Shown piece by piece: positions 45,238 through 55,294 of a DNA stretch of 64,000 nt (positions are counted from its first letter, which is position 1; every line of letters begins with the position of its first letter). The notes under the pieces were generated by a model. The model was not told the origin of the DNA, did not search any database, and saw only the letters and a program-made list of their open reading frames with translations. Position numbers and translations under genes: made by a program. This stretch comes from an uncultured bacterium (GTDB lineage Bacteria > Planctomycetota > Phycisphaerae > Phycisphaerales > UBA1924): NCBI GenBank assembly GCA_963976625.1, contig CAXBLA010000004.1:95189-159188 (forward strand), in the 5' to 3' direction.

Positions 45238-46221
45238 TTACTCGATCGGTTGTGCTTGGCCCACTCCGTCGCCCGATTGATCCGGGGCGCTGAGCATGCC
45301 CAGCATGGTGATTGCTTGGTAGGCGCTCAGCCCGTGTTCGCGCATCAAATGAGCTGACCATGGGTGATCGGTGCATCGCTCATCGATCGAGATCCCGGCC
45401 ATCATCTTGTTCCTCTGGACCGCCTTCATCGCGTCCACACCCAGGCACGGGTCGATCGCGATGTAGACCCCGGGGCCGTTGGCTGGGAGTTTGGATTGCT
45501 GACCTGCGGAGATCATCATCATGTCGATCTGATGGGCGATCGACGCAGCGATAGAGAACGGGCTCAACGCGTCCTGCGAGCGATCGATCGGGACCTTGCG
45601 GAGCAATCGCACATCGCAGCCTTCGCCCACCAGGGCGAGCACCATGTGCTCGAGGGTGTATCGGCACAGCACAAAGTCGTTCGGCGCTCCATGGAGCGTC
45701 ATGATCTGATGCAGCCCGCGGATACAGGCGAGCTCTTCGATATCGAGAAACCTTGGGTTAAACCCCGCCTCGATCGCCCCGCGCAGCGAATCTTTGATGT
45801 GTTCTCTGTCCGCAGCGATCCCCATCACGCTGCTTGAGGAGTTGCACCCGAGCCGGAGCGAACTCGACACGATCTGGTCGCCCCTCTGTTCCATCCCAGA
45901 CGACATGGTCATCTGGACATGATCATCGAGCTGATCCTCTCCGATCTCATGGACCGGCACATGCTGGAGCTCGCACGCTCCAAGCGGGAGCACACACAGG
46001 GCGTCGAGCCCGACAAAGTTCCCGAGCCGAGCGATCGCGGCCTTGCGGGATCGCGCCCCGAACAACGCTGGCGAGCTGCTCTGACGAAGCTGAGCGGTGA
46101 TCAGCACTGGATCTACCGCTTGTGTGGGTCTCTGTGCAATGACAAGGTCATCCTTGTGCTCGATACAACAGATCTTGTTGTGTTGAGTATGGAGAGTTGG
46201 TTGCTGCTGTAGGGCTTGCAT
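45238..46221 (-). CDS. PilM-like actin-fold pilus/secretion assembly protein
   Basis: 327 aa. AGFNPRFLDIEELACIRGL resembles the PilM pattern aGL..v.vD.e..Al.r. It is the first gene of the cluster. Confidence 0.45.
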   Translation of the reverse strand: MQALQQQPTLHTQHNKICCIEHKDDLVIAQRPTQAVDPVLITAQLRQSSSPALFGARSRKAAIARLGNFVGLDALCVLPLGACELQHVPVHEIGEDQLDDHVQMTMSSGMEQRGDQIVSSSLRLGCNSSSSVMGIAADREHIKDSLRGAIEAGFNPRFLDIEELACIRGLHQIMTLHGAPNDFVLCRYTLEHMVLALVGEGCDVRLLRKVPIDRSQDALSPFSIAASIAHQIDMMMISAGQQSKLPANGPGVYIAIDPCLGVDAMKAVQRNKMMAGISIDERCTDHPWSAHLMREHGLSAYQAITMLGMLSAPDQSGDGVGQAQPIE

Positions 46222-46346
46222 AGTGATCCAATCCGAGTTGGGGACTCGGTGGTATCGGAGTTGATCTCACAGCACTTGATATGAATCAATCGCAGAAAAC
46301 GAGATTAGAAAGTTGTGGATTTTCAATTCAAAGTGACACAGAATTA

Positions 46347-46373
46347 TGAAAAAACCCGCTGTGTTCGCGGGTT
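46347..46373 (-). terminator. Intrinsic terminator downstream of the RND operon
   Basis: On the minus strand it reads AACCCGC-gaacaca-GCGGGTT followed by TTTTTCAT. Confidence 0.55.
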
Positions 46374-46514
46374 CTGTTCGATTCATAGATTTGATTTCTG
46401 AATGGGCCGACCGATTATCTCGGGGCATATACCCCCCCGAGATTGAGTGTGCAAGCCGGATACGCCGCAACCACTCATGATCAGTTCCATCCGATATTGA
46501 GTTTGATTTATCAA

Positions 46515-49500
46515 TCAATTGTCATTTATTACAGCCCGTTCTCGCTGGAGCAAGACATAGAACACCGGCGTGAGCACGAGCCCGATCATGGTGATCCCGA
46601 GCATGCCGCTGAAGACGACGGTGCCCAGGATGCGTCGCATCTCGGAGCCCGCGCCGCTGGCAAACATGAGTGGCATCACACCGAGGATGAACGCGAAGGC
46701 GGTCATCAGGATCGGACGGAACCGGAGTCGGCACGCCTTGATCGCGGCTTCGACCTTGGGCATCCCATCCTTCTGAAGCGCACTGGCGTACTCCACGATC
46801 AGGATCGCGTTCTTGCTCGCAAGGCCGATGAGCAGGATGAACCCGATCTGCACGAGGATGTTGTTATCCGACCCGCGGAGCGAGACCCCGAGGAGCCCGA
46901 ACAAGATACACAGGGGCACGATCAGGATGATCGAGAGCGGGAGCGACCAGCTCTCGTACTGAGCCGCCAGCGTCAGGAACACCAACAACACGCTGATCCC
47001 GAAGATCACCATCGTCGAGGTCCCGGGCATGCGTTCCTGATATGACAGGTTCGTCCACTCGTAATCAATCGTCGGCGGCAAGACCTGATCCGCAAGTTGC
47101 TCCATGATATCGAGCGACTCGCCCGACGAGATCGTGGGCACCTTGTCGCCCGAGACATCCGCAGAAGGGTACAGGTTGTACCGGAAGATCTGCGAGGGCA
47201 CCGAGCTGTGCTCGATGGTCATCAGCGAACCCAGAGGCACCATCGCCCCGGAGCTGCTGCGGGTCCGCAGACGCAGGATGTCCTCCTCCTCGTCACGGAA
47301 CTCGCTGTCCGCCTGGATGGTCACACGGTTCGAGCGCCCCTGATAGGTGAACTCGTTGACGAAGGTTGAGCCAAGATACGACTGGAGCGATTGGTTGATG
47401 TTGCTCATGGGCACATCGAGCATCCGGGCGCGGGTCGCGTCGATATCCGCATAGAGCTGCGGCGTGCCGACCGAGAAGCTTGTGTAGGCGCCGAGAATGT
47501 CAGGGTGCTCGCTGGCGGCCATCGCCAATGCCCACGCGGCTTGGTTGAGTGCCTTGGACCCAACCCCGCCACGGTCCTGGAGCTGCATCTTAAAGCCGCC
47601 GCCGTTGCCGATGCCCTGGACAGGCGGCGGCGGGATGACGAAGATCATCGCCTGATCAATGCTGGCAATCTTTGCCTGGATCTCGCCGGAGATCGCCATA
47701 TCGCTGAGCCCAAGGCTCGCCCGCTCGCGGGCGTCATCAAGGGTGACAAAGATCGCCGCGGCACTCGAACTGTTCGAGAAGGTCGCGCCAGAGAAACCCG
47801 AGAAGACCACCGCGTGCTCTACCCCCGGGGTGTCAAGGGCGATCTCCGTCACCTGCTTAGCGATCTCGTCTGTCCGCGAGAGTGAAGCACCATCGGGCAG
47901 CTGCATCGCCACGATCAAGTAGCCCTGATCCTGCGCCGGGATGAACCCGCGGGGCACGCTGTTGAAGAGCATGTAGGTCCCCACAAGCAGCAGTGCAAAG
48001 ACGACAACCACGGCCCAGCGGAGCTTGATCGCCCCCTTGACCGTCTGGCCGTAGAGCTTGTTGGCCAAATCGAGCGTGGTGTTAAATGGTGCAAAGATGG
48101 TGCCCATGAGCTTGAGCCCGCGGGTCTGCTTCTCGGCTTTGGGCTTGAGGAGCACCGCGGCCATCGCGGGGCTGAGTGTGAGCGAGACGAAGGTCGAGAT
48201 GGCCGTCGACGCGCTGATGGTCAACGCGAACTGGGTGTAGAACTGCCCGGTGATCCCGCTCATGAAGGTCGTGGGCACGAACACCGCGATGAGTACGAGC
48301 GTGGTTGCGATCAGCGCGCTGCCGACCTCGTCCATCGCCTTGCGCGCGGCTTCTCTCGGCGAAGCCCCCTGCTGTATCAATCGGTCGACATTTTCGACGA
48401 CCACAATCGCGTCATCCACCACGATACCGATCGCGAGCACCAGCCCGAAGAGCGAGAGCGTGTTGAGGCTCAGCCCGAGCACATTGAGCACCGCGAATGT
48501 ACCGATCAGCGAGATCGGGATCGCGATCAATGGGATAGCCGTCGCACGCCAGCCCTGTAAGAAGACAAAAACCGTGAGCCCCACGATGCACGCGGTGATC
48601 AGCAGGGTCTTGAAGACCTCGTCGATGGATTCCTGCACGAACTCGGTCGGGTTATAGGCAACTTCGTACTTGATCCCGGATGGGAAATCTTGCGCGAGCT
48701 CTGCGATGGTCTCGAGCACGGTCTCGGCGGTCGCGACCGCGTTGGAGCCCGATCGCTGGTTGACGAGGATCGCCACGGAGTTATCGTGATCGAGTCGGCT
48801 CTTGGTGTTGTACTCCTGGGCGCCCAGCTCGACGCGTGCAACATCGCTCAGGCGGACAAGCCCGCCCTGAGCGCCACGCTTGACGATGATGTCCTCGAAC
48901 TCGCTGGCTTCGCGTAATCGCCCCTTGCTGGCGATGGGAATCTCGAAGGCACCGGCTGTGGGGATGGGTTCCTTGCCGATCGCGCCCGCGGCGATCTGGA
49001 CATTCTGTCCTTGGAGCGCGCTGATGATATCCTCGGGCGTCAGATCCAGCGATGAGAGCCGATCGACATCGAGCCAGATACGCATCGCGTACTTGCTGCC
49101 CCCGAAGACCTGCACATTGCCCACGCCATCGATGCGCAGGAGCACATCGCGCATCTGCGTGTTGGCGTAGTTGCCCAAGAAGAGCGAGTCACGCGATGCA
49201 TCGGGCGAGATGAGCTGGGCGACCAACAGAATGGTCGGCATGCTCTTATTGGTGGTCACGCCGATCTGGCGCACCTCGGCGGGCAGGCTGGGTAGCGCGA
49301 TCGCCACGCGGTTCTGCACCTGCACCTGGGCGCGGTCGATGTCGGTGCCGAGCTCGAAGGTGACGGTCACGGTCACGGAGCCGTCCGATGAGGACAGCGA
49401 ATCCATGTACATCATGCCTTCGATGCCGTTGATCTCTTGTTCGATCGGGGTGGCGACGGTCTCGGCGATGGTCGCCGAGTCCGCGCCGGGGTAGACCGTG

Positions 49501-49643
49501 TTGACGGTGATGGTCGGCGGCGCAACCTCAGGGTACATCGAGACGGGGAGTGACCCGTACGAGATGAGCCCGGCAAAGATCACCAGCAATGAGAGTACGA
49601 ATGCGAACCGGGGTCGGTCGATAAAGAATCGTGGGAGCTTCAT
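46515..49643 (-). CDS. RND multidrug efflux transporter, inner-membrane permease (AcrB/MexB-like, HAE1)
   Basis: 1042 aa. MKLPRFFIDRPRFAFVLSLLVIFAGL has the classic N-terminus, with 12 TM segments and two large loops. Confidence 0.9.
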   Translation of the reverse strand: MKLPRFFIDRPRFAFVLSLLVIFAGLISYGSLPVSMYPEVAPPTITVNTVYPGADSATIAETVATPIEQEINGIEGMMYMDSLSSSDGSVTVTVTFELGTDIDRAQVQVQNRVAIALPSLPAEVRQIGVTTNKSMPTILLVAQLISPDASRDSLFLGNYANTQMRDVLLRIDGVGNVQVFGGSKYAMRIWLDVDRLSSLDLTPEDIISALQGQNVQIAAGAIGKEPIPTAGAFEIPIASKGRLREASEFEDIIVKRGAQGGLVRLSDVARVELGAQEYNTKSRLDHDNSVAILVNQRSGSNAVATAETVLETIAELAQDFPSGIKYEVAYNPTEFVQESIDEVFKTLLITACIVGLTVFVFLQGWRATAIPLIAIPISLIGTFAVLNVLGLSLNTLSLFGLVLAIGIVVDDAIVVVENVDRLIQQGASPREAARKAMDEVGSALIATTLVLIAVFVPTTFMSGITGQFYTQFALTISASTAISTFVSLTLSPAMAAVLLKPKAEKQTRGLKLMGTIFAPFNTTLDLANKLYGQTVKGAIKLRWAVVVVFALLLVGTYMLFNSVPRGFIPAQDQGYLIVAMQLPDGASLSRTDEIAKQVTEIALDTPGVEHAVVFSGFSGATFSNSSSAAAIFVTLDDARERASLGLSDMAISGEIQAKIASIDQAMIFVIPPPPVQGIGNGGGFKMQLQDRGGVGSKALNQAAWALAMAASEHPDILGAYTSFSVGTPQLYADIDATRARMLDVPMSNINQSLQSYLGSTFVNEFTYQGRSNRVTIQADSEFRDEEEDILRLRTRSSSGAMVPLGSLMTIEHSSVPSQIFRYNLYPSADVSGDKVPTISSGESLDIMEQLADQVLPPTIDYEWTNLSYQERMPGTSTMVIFGISVLLVFLTLAAQYESWSLPLSIILIVPLCILFGLLGVSLRGSDNNILVQIGFILLIGLASKNAILIVEYASALQKDGMPKVEAAIKACRLRFRPILMTAFAFILGVMPLMFASGAGSEMRRILGTVVFSGMLGITMIGLVLTPVFYVLLQRERAVINDN

Positions 49644-51085
49644 TCATCCCCTCCTGTCTGGGAATCCATCTGGGAGCCCTTCTGGGAGCCCTTCTGGGAG
49701 CCATCGATCAGCCCTACTTGCTGCGCACCGGGGATGCTCGACTCATGGCGGATCCAGTGGTCACGGTGGATGGGCTCGACCATGTCGGGCAAGCCGTTCT
49801 CGGTTGGGACGCGTTCGATGGTGCCCTCTGCGGTTTGCACGGGCATGCCCGGGAACACAAACTGGTTGCCGCGGATGACGATGCGTTCTTCGCCCGTGAG
49901 CCCGGTGCGGACCACGCGCAGCCCATCGACGATCGGACCGAGCGTGACGGGCTGGGGATAGATCACATTGTCCTCCCCCACCACCAGCACGATGCGCATG
50001 GCCAGATCCGCCGAGATCACCTCGTCGGGGATCAGCACGGTCGGCGTCCGGGCGCCCTGGTTGCGTGGGATCTGCACACTGGCGAACATCCCCGGGATCA
50101 GCTCGATCGACGGGTTGTTGAGGATGCCGCGGACAAGGATGGTCCCAGTGTCCTGATCGACCCGGTTCTCGGCGAAGTCGATCTGCCCGGCGTGCGGGTA
50201 GCCAACTTCGTCGAGCAGGGCGAGGAAGAACGGATGGCGGTATTCGCTCTTGAGCCGTTCTTCGAAGGTGCTCTGGCGGAGGTATTTGAGCAACTCCTGC
50301 TCGGAGGCTTCGATGTGGACATAGACCGGATCGAGCGCAACGATCGTGGTGATCACGGTGCCGTCGTTGGAGCTCCCGCCCTGGATCAAGTTGCCCTTGG
50401 AGACCTGCAGGCGGCTGATGCGCCCGGAGATCGGTGCTTCGATCCGGGTGTAGTCCAGATCGAGCTGCGCGTTCTCGAGCTCGGCCTTGGCCGACAGGAT
50501 CGAAGCTTCCGAGTTGATGATCTCCGACTCGGCGGCGATCACATTGGCGTTGGCACCCTGGGTCTGGGCCTGGGCCTGGGCGAACTCGCTCTCTCGCTCG
50601 TCGACAAGTTCGCGGGCGATCGAGTTGGTTTCAAACGCGAGCTGGGCGTTATCCAAGCGGGTCTTGGCGAACTTCTCAGCAGACACCGCTTGGTTCTGCT
50701 GGGCTTTGACCTGGAGCAGCTGAGCTTTCGAGCGTTCCAGATTCGCCTCGGCCACACGCACGGATGCCTGTGACTTGGAGACCGCGACCTCGAACGGGCG
50801 GGGATCGATCACCGCGAGCAGATCGCCCTTCTCGACGATCTCGCCCTCGGCGAAGTGCGTCGAGAGCAACGGGCCAGAGACCTGCGCCTGGATATCCACG
50901 GCTTCAACCGCCACCAGGCGACCGGTGTACCGGTCCCACTCGATCACCTCGGCGACGAGCGGATTGGCCACCGTCACCGTCGTCATCGGTGGTGGCGGCG
51001 GGGCCTCGGCCTGCTTGGAGCAGCCAACGAGCGCCGCGGTGGACACGAGCAACGAAAAAAGAAAGGGAACCGAACGGGATTTCAT
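49640..51085 (-). CDS. RND efflux periplasmic adaptor (MFP) lipoprotein with repetitive C-terminal tail
   Basis: Lipobox LVGCSK, lipoyl/beta-barrel blocks (GDLLAVIDPRPF, APISGRISRLQVSKGNLI) and the tail GSQKGSQKGSQMDSQTGGDE. Confidence 0.85.
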   Translation of the reverse strand: MKSRSVPFLFSLLVSTAALVGCSKQAEAPPPPPMTTVTVANPLVAEVIEWDRYTGRLVAVEAVDIQAQVSGPLLSTHFAEGEIVEKGDLLAVIDPRPFEVAVSKSQASVRVAEANLERSKAQLLQVKAQQNQAVSAEKFAKTRLDNAQLAFETNSIARELVDERESEFAQAQAQTQGANANVIAAESEIINSEASILSAKAELENAQLDLDYTRIEAPISGRISRLQVSKGNLIQGGSSNDGTVITTIVALDPVYVHIEASEQELLKYLRQSTFEERLKSEYRHPFFLALLDEVGYPHAGQIDFAENRVDQDTGTILVRGILNNPSIELIPGMFASVQIPRNQGARTPTVLIPDEVISADLAMRIVLVVGEDNVIYPQPVTLGPIVDGLRVVRTGLTGEERIVIRGNQFVFPGMPVQTAEGTIERVPTENGLPDMVEPIHRDHWIRHESSIPGAQQVGLIDGSQKGSQKGSQMDSQTGGDE

Positions 51086-52644
51086 GATTCATCCTCCTGC
51101 GAAGGTGCTGGATGGGTGTCTGTGTGTGGTGTGTCTGATTGGTCTGGTTCTTGATTTGGATTCTGGTCTGGCGCTTGATCTGGATCTTGGAGCATGATGT
51201 CCCGTGACGACCAGCCGCCGCCGAGGGATTTGTAGAGCCGGACGAGCGCGGTTGCGATGTCGCCCTGCGAACGGGCGAGCAGGTCTTCGAGCTCGAAGAG
51301 CCTCGACTGCGTGTCGATCACGCTCTGGAAGTCAGTCAACCCCTGGCGGTATCGATCGCTCGAAAGCTCAACAGCCACGCGCGCATCGACGACGGCTAAA
51401 CGCAGGTGCTCGACGCGGATCTGCTCTTGATCAAACTGGACCATCGCGTTCTCGATTTCTTCGAACGCTTGGAGGATCGTCCGTTCGTAGATCGCCAGCG
51501 ACTGGCTCACGATCGCGTCCTCGGCTTTGATCTGATCATGCAGGGCCTTGCGGTTGAACAGGTTCCACACCAGGCTGGGCCCGAACTGGCCCGTGCGGGC
51601 GGCGGAGCTGAAAAGATCGCCCGAGTTGGCCGCCGAGAGCCCGATCTCGCCCGAGAGCGTGAGCCGGGGATACAGATCAGCCGTGGCGATGCCCACGCGG
51701 GCGGTCTGGGCCGCAAGATTGCGCTCGGCGGCCCGGATATCGGCCCGCTGGCGGATGACATCGCTGGGCACGCCGATCATGATCTGTGCTGGCGGCGTTG
51801 GGATCGGGGCGATGGCTTGAAGCTCTGCTCGCAGCTCGCCCGGGAATACGCCCAGCAACACCGCGATCCGGTGCTCGATCATCTGGAGCCCAGCGATCAG
51901 CGTTGGGACGGCGGATTTGGTGCTCTCCAGATTCGAGCGGGCCTGCGAAACATCGAGCTTGCTCACCAGGTTGGCGTCGAACTGGCTCTGCGTAAACTTG
52001 AGTGTTTTCTCTTGCAGATCAACATTGGCGTACGCCAGGCGCAGGCGCTCTTGGAAGGTCCGTGCTTCGACATAGTTGAGCGCGACCTCGCCCATCACCG
52101 CGACGAGCACATCGCGTCCGTCCTCGATGGCGGCTTCGAGCTCGGCCTGCGACTCATCAACGATGCCCCGGTTGCGTCCCCACAGGTCGATCTCCCAGCT
52201 CGCGTCGATCCCGAGCCGATACGAGTTGCTGATCCGTGGGGTGGGCGCAATACCCGAATCACGGTTGCTCGATTCCGTCCGTGAGTAGCTGCCCGTCGCA
52301 TCGATGGTGGGCAGCAGGTTCGTGCCCGCCACGCCCCGCAGTGCGCGAGATTCTTGGATGCGGTAAAGCGCTTCCTGGATATCGAGGTTGCTCTCCAGCG
52401 AGCGATCGATGAAGGCGTTGAGCAGCTCGTCATCAAAGAGGGTCCACCATTCCCCGAGCTCGATTTGTTCGTTGCCCATCGCTTCTTCGAGCTGGGTCTG
52501 GAACTGGCTCGGGAGCTCGATGCTTGGGGCGGTGTATTCTGGCCCGACGCTGCACGCGCCGAGCAATCCGGCGGAGCCAACGAGTAATGCGGCGAACCCG
52601 AAGGAGCCGGACGACAATCGGAATGTTCGTTTAGAAATGTGCAT
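51082..52644 (-). CDS. Outer-membrane efflux factor (NodT/OprM family lipoprotein)
   Basis: Lipobox LLGACSVGPEY, two OEP repeats and a low-complexity tail DPDQAPDQNPNQEPDQSD. Confidence 0.85.
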   Translation of the reverse strand: MHISKRTFRLSSGSFGFAALLVGSAGLLGACSVGPEYTAPSIELPSQFQTQLEEAMGNEQIELGEWWTLFDDELLNAFIDRSLESNLDIQEALYRIQESRALRGVAGTNLLPTIDATGSYSRTESSNRDSGIAPTPRISNSYRLGIDASWEIDLWGRNRGIVDESQAELEAAIEDGRDVLVAVMGEVALNYVEARTFQERLRLAYANVDLQEKTLKFTQSQFDANLVSKLDVSQARSNLESTKSAVPTLIAGLQMIEHRIAVLLGVFPGELRAELQAIAPIPTPPAQIMIGVPSDVIRQRADIRAAERNLAAQTARVGIATADLYPRLTLSGEIGLSAANSGDLFSSAARTGQFGPSLVWNLFNRKALHDQIKAEDAIVSQSLAIYERTILQAFEEIENAMVQFDQEQIRVEHLRLAVVDARVAVELSSDRYRQGLTDFQSVIDTQSRLFELEDLLARSQGDIATALVRLYKSLGGGWSSRDIMLQDPDQAPDQNPNQEPDQSDTPHTDTHPAPSQEDES

Positions 52645-52693
52645 TCAACCTCTTGTGAAAATCTGATTGAGGGAAACAGGGTGTGGGTCTGGT

Positions 52694-53266
52694 TTATGTA
52701 TCCGTCTGGTCGTTGACTGATCGCTCGATCAGCTCTTTGAGTGTGTTGAGGACCACGGTGTGGCGCTCAAGATCAAAGCGTTCGAGCCCGAGCGCCCAGT
52801 TGAGCCAGAGCCCGTCGAGCGCGTTGACGATGACGAGCCCGACGCCTTGGGGAAGATCGTCGCTGAGCATCAGCTCGCGGACGCGCTCGCCGTGGGCGCG
52901 GATGGGTTCGATGAGCTGGGGGTCGACCGCCAAGGCGGCGAGGAAGGCCGACGACACGCTCTGGCGTTCGTCGGACCAGCTCTTCTGATCCGAGAGGTAG
53001 TAGTCGATGATCGCGCGGGCGAACCGTGCCGGCCCGGTCGGCGCCTGATCATGCGCGGCTTGATAGTTCACAGAGCACTGGTCCACGCAGCGGATGACCA
53101 ACGCGCGGATCAACGCGTCTTTGGATCCGAAGTGATGAAGCACGCCGCCCTTGGAGAGCCCGGCCTCTTCGGCCACGGCTCCGATGGTGAAGTTGGCGAA
53201 CCCGTCGCGGATGATCACCGCTTCGGTCGCTTCGAGAATCAGATCAGATGTAGAGGGTTTGGACAT
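52694..53266 (-). CDS. TetR-family transcriptional regulator
   Basis: N-terminal HTH FTIGAVAEEAGLSKGGVLHHFGSKDALI. 190 aa, heading the efflux operon. Confidence 0.85.
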   Translation of the reverse strand: MSKPSTSDLILEATEAVIIRDGFANFTIGAVAEEAGLSKGGVLHHFGSKDALIRALVIRCVDQCSVNYQAAHDQAPTGPARFARAIIDYYLSDQKSWSDERQSVSSAFLAALAVDPQLIEPIRAHGERVRELMLSDDLPQGVGLVIVNALDGLWLNWALGLERFDLERHTVVLNTLKELIERSVNDQTDT

Positions 53267-53277
53267 AGGCCGAGATC

Positions 53278-53299
53278 ATACCGTCCAGCCGGTCGGTAT
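53278..53299. promoter_or_regulatory. Imperfect palindrome, candidate TetR operator
   Basis: ATACCGTCCAG|CCGGTCGGTAT lies 12 nt upstream of the tetR ATG. Confidence 0.3.
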
Positions 53300-53505
53300 C
53301 CACTTCTGGATCAGAATTGGGTTTAATTCCCCAATGGTTTTGTTTGTACTGGCTATGGTAGCATATCATATACCGTAAATCTAAGGAATCGAATTCATTC
53401 AACCGTTCCCCAACCGAGTGCACGATCTGATACCCTTGCGATAGATACAGCCCCATACGCCCATGCGATGAGGTCGATCGGCAATCACACAAGGATCTGC
53501 ACCGT

Positions 53506-54483
53506 ATGCCAGAAAAGAGCCAACCCAACCCACCCATTTATACCCGCCGGACCGCGATCCACGCGATCAGCGCCGGCTGTCTCGCGGGCGCCTTGTTCCC
53601 ACGCTCGGCCATTGCCTCCGCGCTACCTCGTCTGAGCACCGATCCAAGCTTCCGTATCTCGCTGGCGCAGTGGTCGCTTCATAAGCTGTTCTTCTCTGGC
53701 GAGCTCAAAGCCCTCGACTTCGCCGGCGAGGCACGCTCGATGGGCTTTGGGGGCATCGAGTATGTCAACAGCTTCTTGAAGGACAAAGCCGAGGACGAAG
53801 CGTTCCTCAAAGATCTCAACTCGCGAGCCGACGGCGTGGGAGTCAAACAACTCTTGATCATGTGCGATGGCGAAGGGGCACTCGGCGATGCGGACGAAAA
53901 AGCACGCACCCGGGCGATCGAGAACCATCACAAATGGGTCCGGGCGGCCAAGACGCTCGGGTGTCACTCGATCCGGGTAAATGCATCGAGCTCGGGGAGC
54001 TATGAAGAGCAGCAGAAGCTGGCTGCGGATGGTTTGCGTCAACTTAGTGAGTTCGCCGAGCCGATGGGGATCAGTGTCATCGTCGAGAACCACGGCGGCT
54101 ATTCATCCAACGGGCAATGGCTCGCCGGGGTCATGACCAAAGTCGATCACCCCAACTGCGGCACGCTGCCCGACTTTGGCAACTTCTGCATGGATTGGGG
54201 CCGGGCCGACGAGCCCGATGCGTGGTACGACCGGTACAAGGGGACGAAAGAACTGATGCCCTTCGCCAAAGCGGTGAGCGCCAAGTCGCACGAGTTCGAC
54301 GAGGACGGTAACGAGACCAAGACCGACTACCGCAAGATGCTCAAGATTGTGCTCGACGCCGGGTACTCGGGCTGGATCGGTGTGGAGTACGAGGGCTCGA
54401 AGCATTCCCCGCGTGAAGGCACCAAGCTCACCAAGGCACTGCTCGAAACCGTGCGGGCAGAGCTTGCCGATTCCAGCGACTGA
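53506..54483 (+). CDS. Xylose-isomerase-like TIM-barrel (sugar phosphate isomerase/epimerase family) protein with TAT-type signal
   Basis: [24 protein letters not shown] signal. [13 protein letters not shown] and GWIGVEYEG blocks are typical of the AP_endonuc_2 fold. Confidence 0.75.
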   Translation: MPEKSQPNPPIYTRRTAIHAISAGCLAGALFPRSAIASALPRLSTDPSFRISLAQWSLHKLFFSGELKALDFAGEARSMGFGGIEYVNSFLKDKAEDEAFLKDLNSRADGVGVKQLLIMCDGEGALGDADEKARTRAIENHHKWVRAAKTLGCHSIRVNASSSGSYEEQQKLAADGLRQLSEFAEPMGISVIVENHGGYSSNGQWLAGVMTKVDHPNCGTLPDFGNFCMDWGRADEPDAWYDRYKGTKELMPFAKAVSAKSHEFDEDGNETKTDYRKMLKIVLDAGYSGWIGVEYEGSKHSPREGTKLTKALLETVRAELADSSD

Positions 54484-54484
54484 A

Positions 54485-55264
54485 TCAGCCTTGCGATTTA
54501 TTACCGCTCGGCAGCACACAATCGAGCATGACCAAAATCCCGACGAGACTCGTCCCGATCGCATAGGCCGCGCCGCCGACGACGATGCCGTAGGCGAACC
54601 AGGCGTAGTCACGGGTGATCCACCAGCCGGCCATATCGACCAGCAGCCCGATCGCCGAGACCAACACCAAGAAACCGATCAGGCGACCCGAGAACCGGGT
54701 CATGATCCCGAGGAGCCCGAGCACGATCATGATGACCGCCATCGTCGGCGCGTGGGCGTGCTGGCTCGTCGCGATGATCTTGGTGCCCGCGGGCTGGATG
54801 TCCTTGGACACCGCGAGCTTCTCGATGTCGTCCCAGTATTCTAGCGGGATTTGGGCGTAGGTGCCCTCGCCGGTCGAACTGCGGGTGTGGCAATCCAGGC
54901 AGCTCATCGCGATGATCTCCGACGGGGCCTCATCGCCCAGATCGAGATTATCGTACTGCTGCGAGACGCGATCGCCCGCGAGCCAGTCGAGGAGCGCGGT
55001 GCGTTCGAAGTCTTCGATAGTCTCCGGGTGCCCGGACTCAAGCGCGGTAATCAACGGCGACGGCGTCTGCACGCCGTGGTAGGCGCCGACGATGTCGTTG
55101 ATCGTCAGGCCCGGCGTCTCGTCGCGGTTGTCGTAGTGCCAACGCAGATGCAGGCCCGAGACGATGTACCCGCCCAAGAGCGTCAGCACCAGCATCGCGA
55201 TCCCCAGACGGAACAAGTACGGCAGCGATCGGAGCGTCATGCGATTGGTTGAAGCATCAGTCAT
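54485..55264 (-). CDS. Membrane protein with a single CXXCH heme-c motif
   Basis: An N-terminal TM, a periplasmic segment with MSCLDCH, then three or four TM helices. Confidence 0.5.
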   Translation of the reverse strand: MTDASTNRMTLRSLPYLFRLGIAMLVLTLLGGYIVSGLHLRWHYDNRDETPGLTINDIVGAYHGVQTPSPLITALESGHPETIEDFERTALLDWLAGDRVSQQYDNLDLGDEAPSEIIAMSCLDCHTRSSTGEGTYAQIPLEYWDDIEKLAVSKDIQPAGTKIIATSQHAHAPTMAVIMIVLGLLGIMTRFSGRLIGFLVLVSAIGLLVDMAGWWITRDYAWFAYGIVVGGAAYAIGTSLVGILVMLDCVLPSGNKSQG

Positions 55265-55294
55265 TGGTTATCTCACGGAGAGAGTTCGGTTGAA

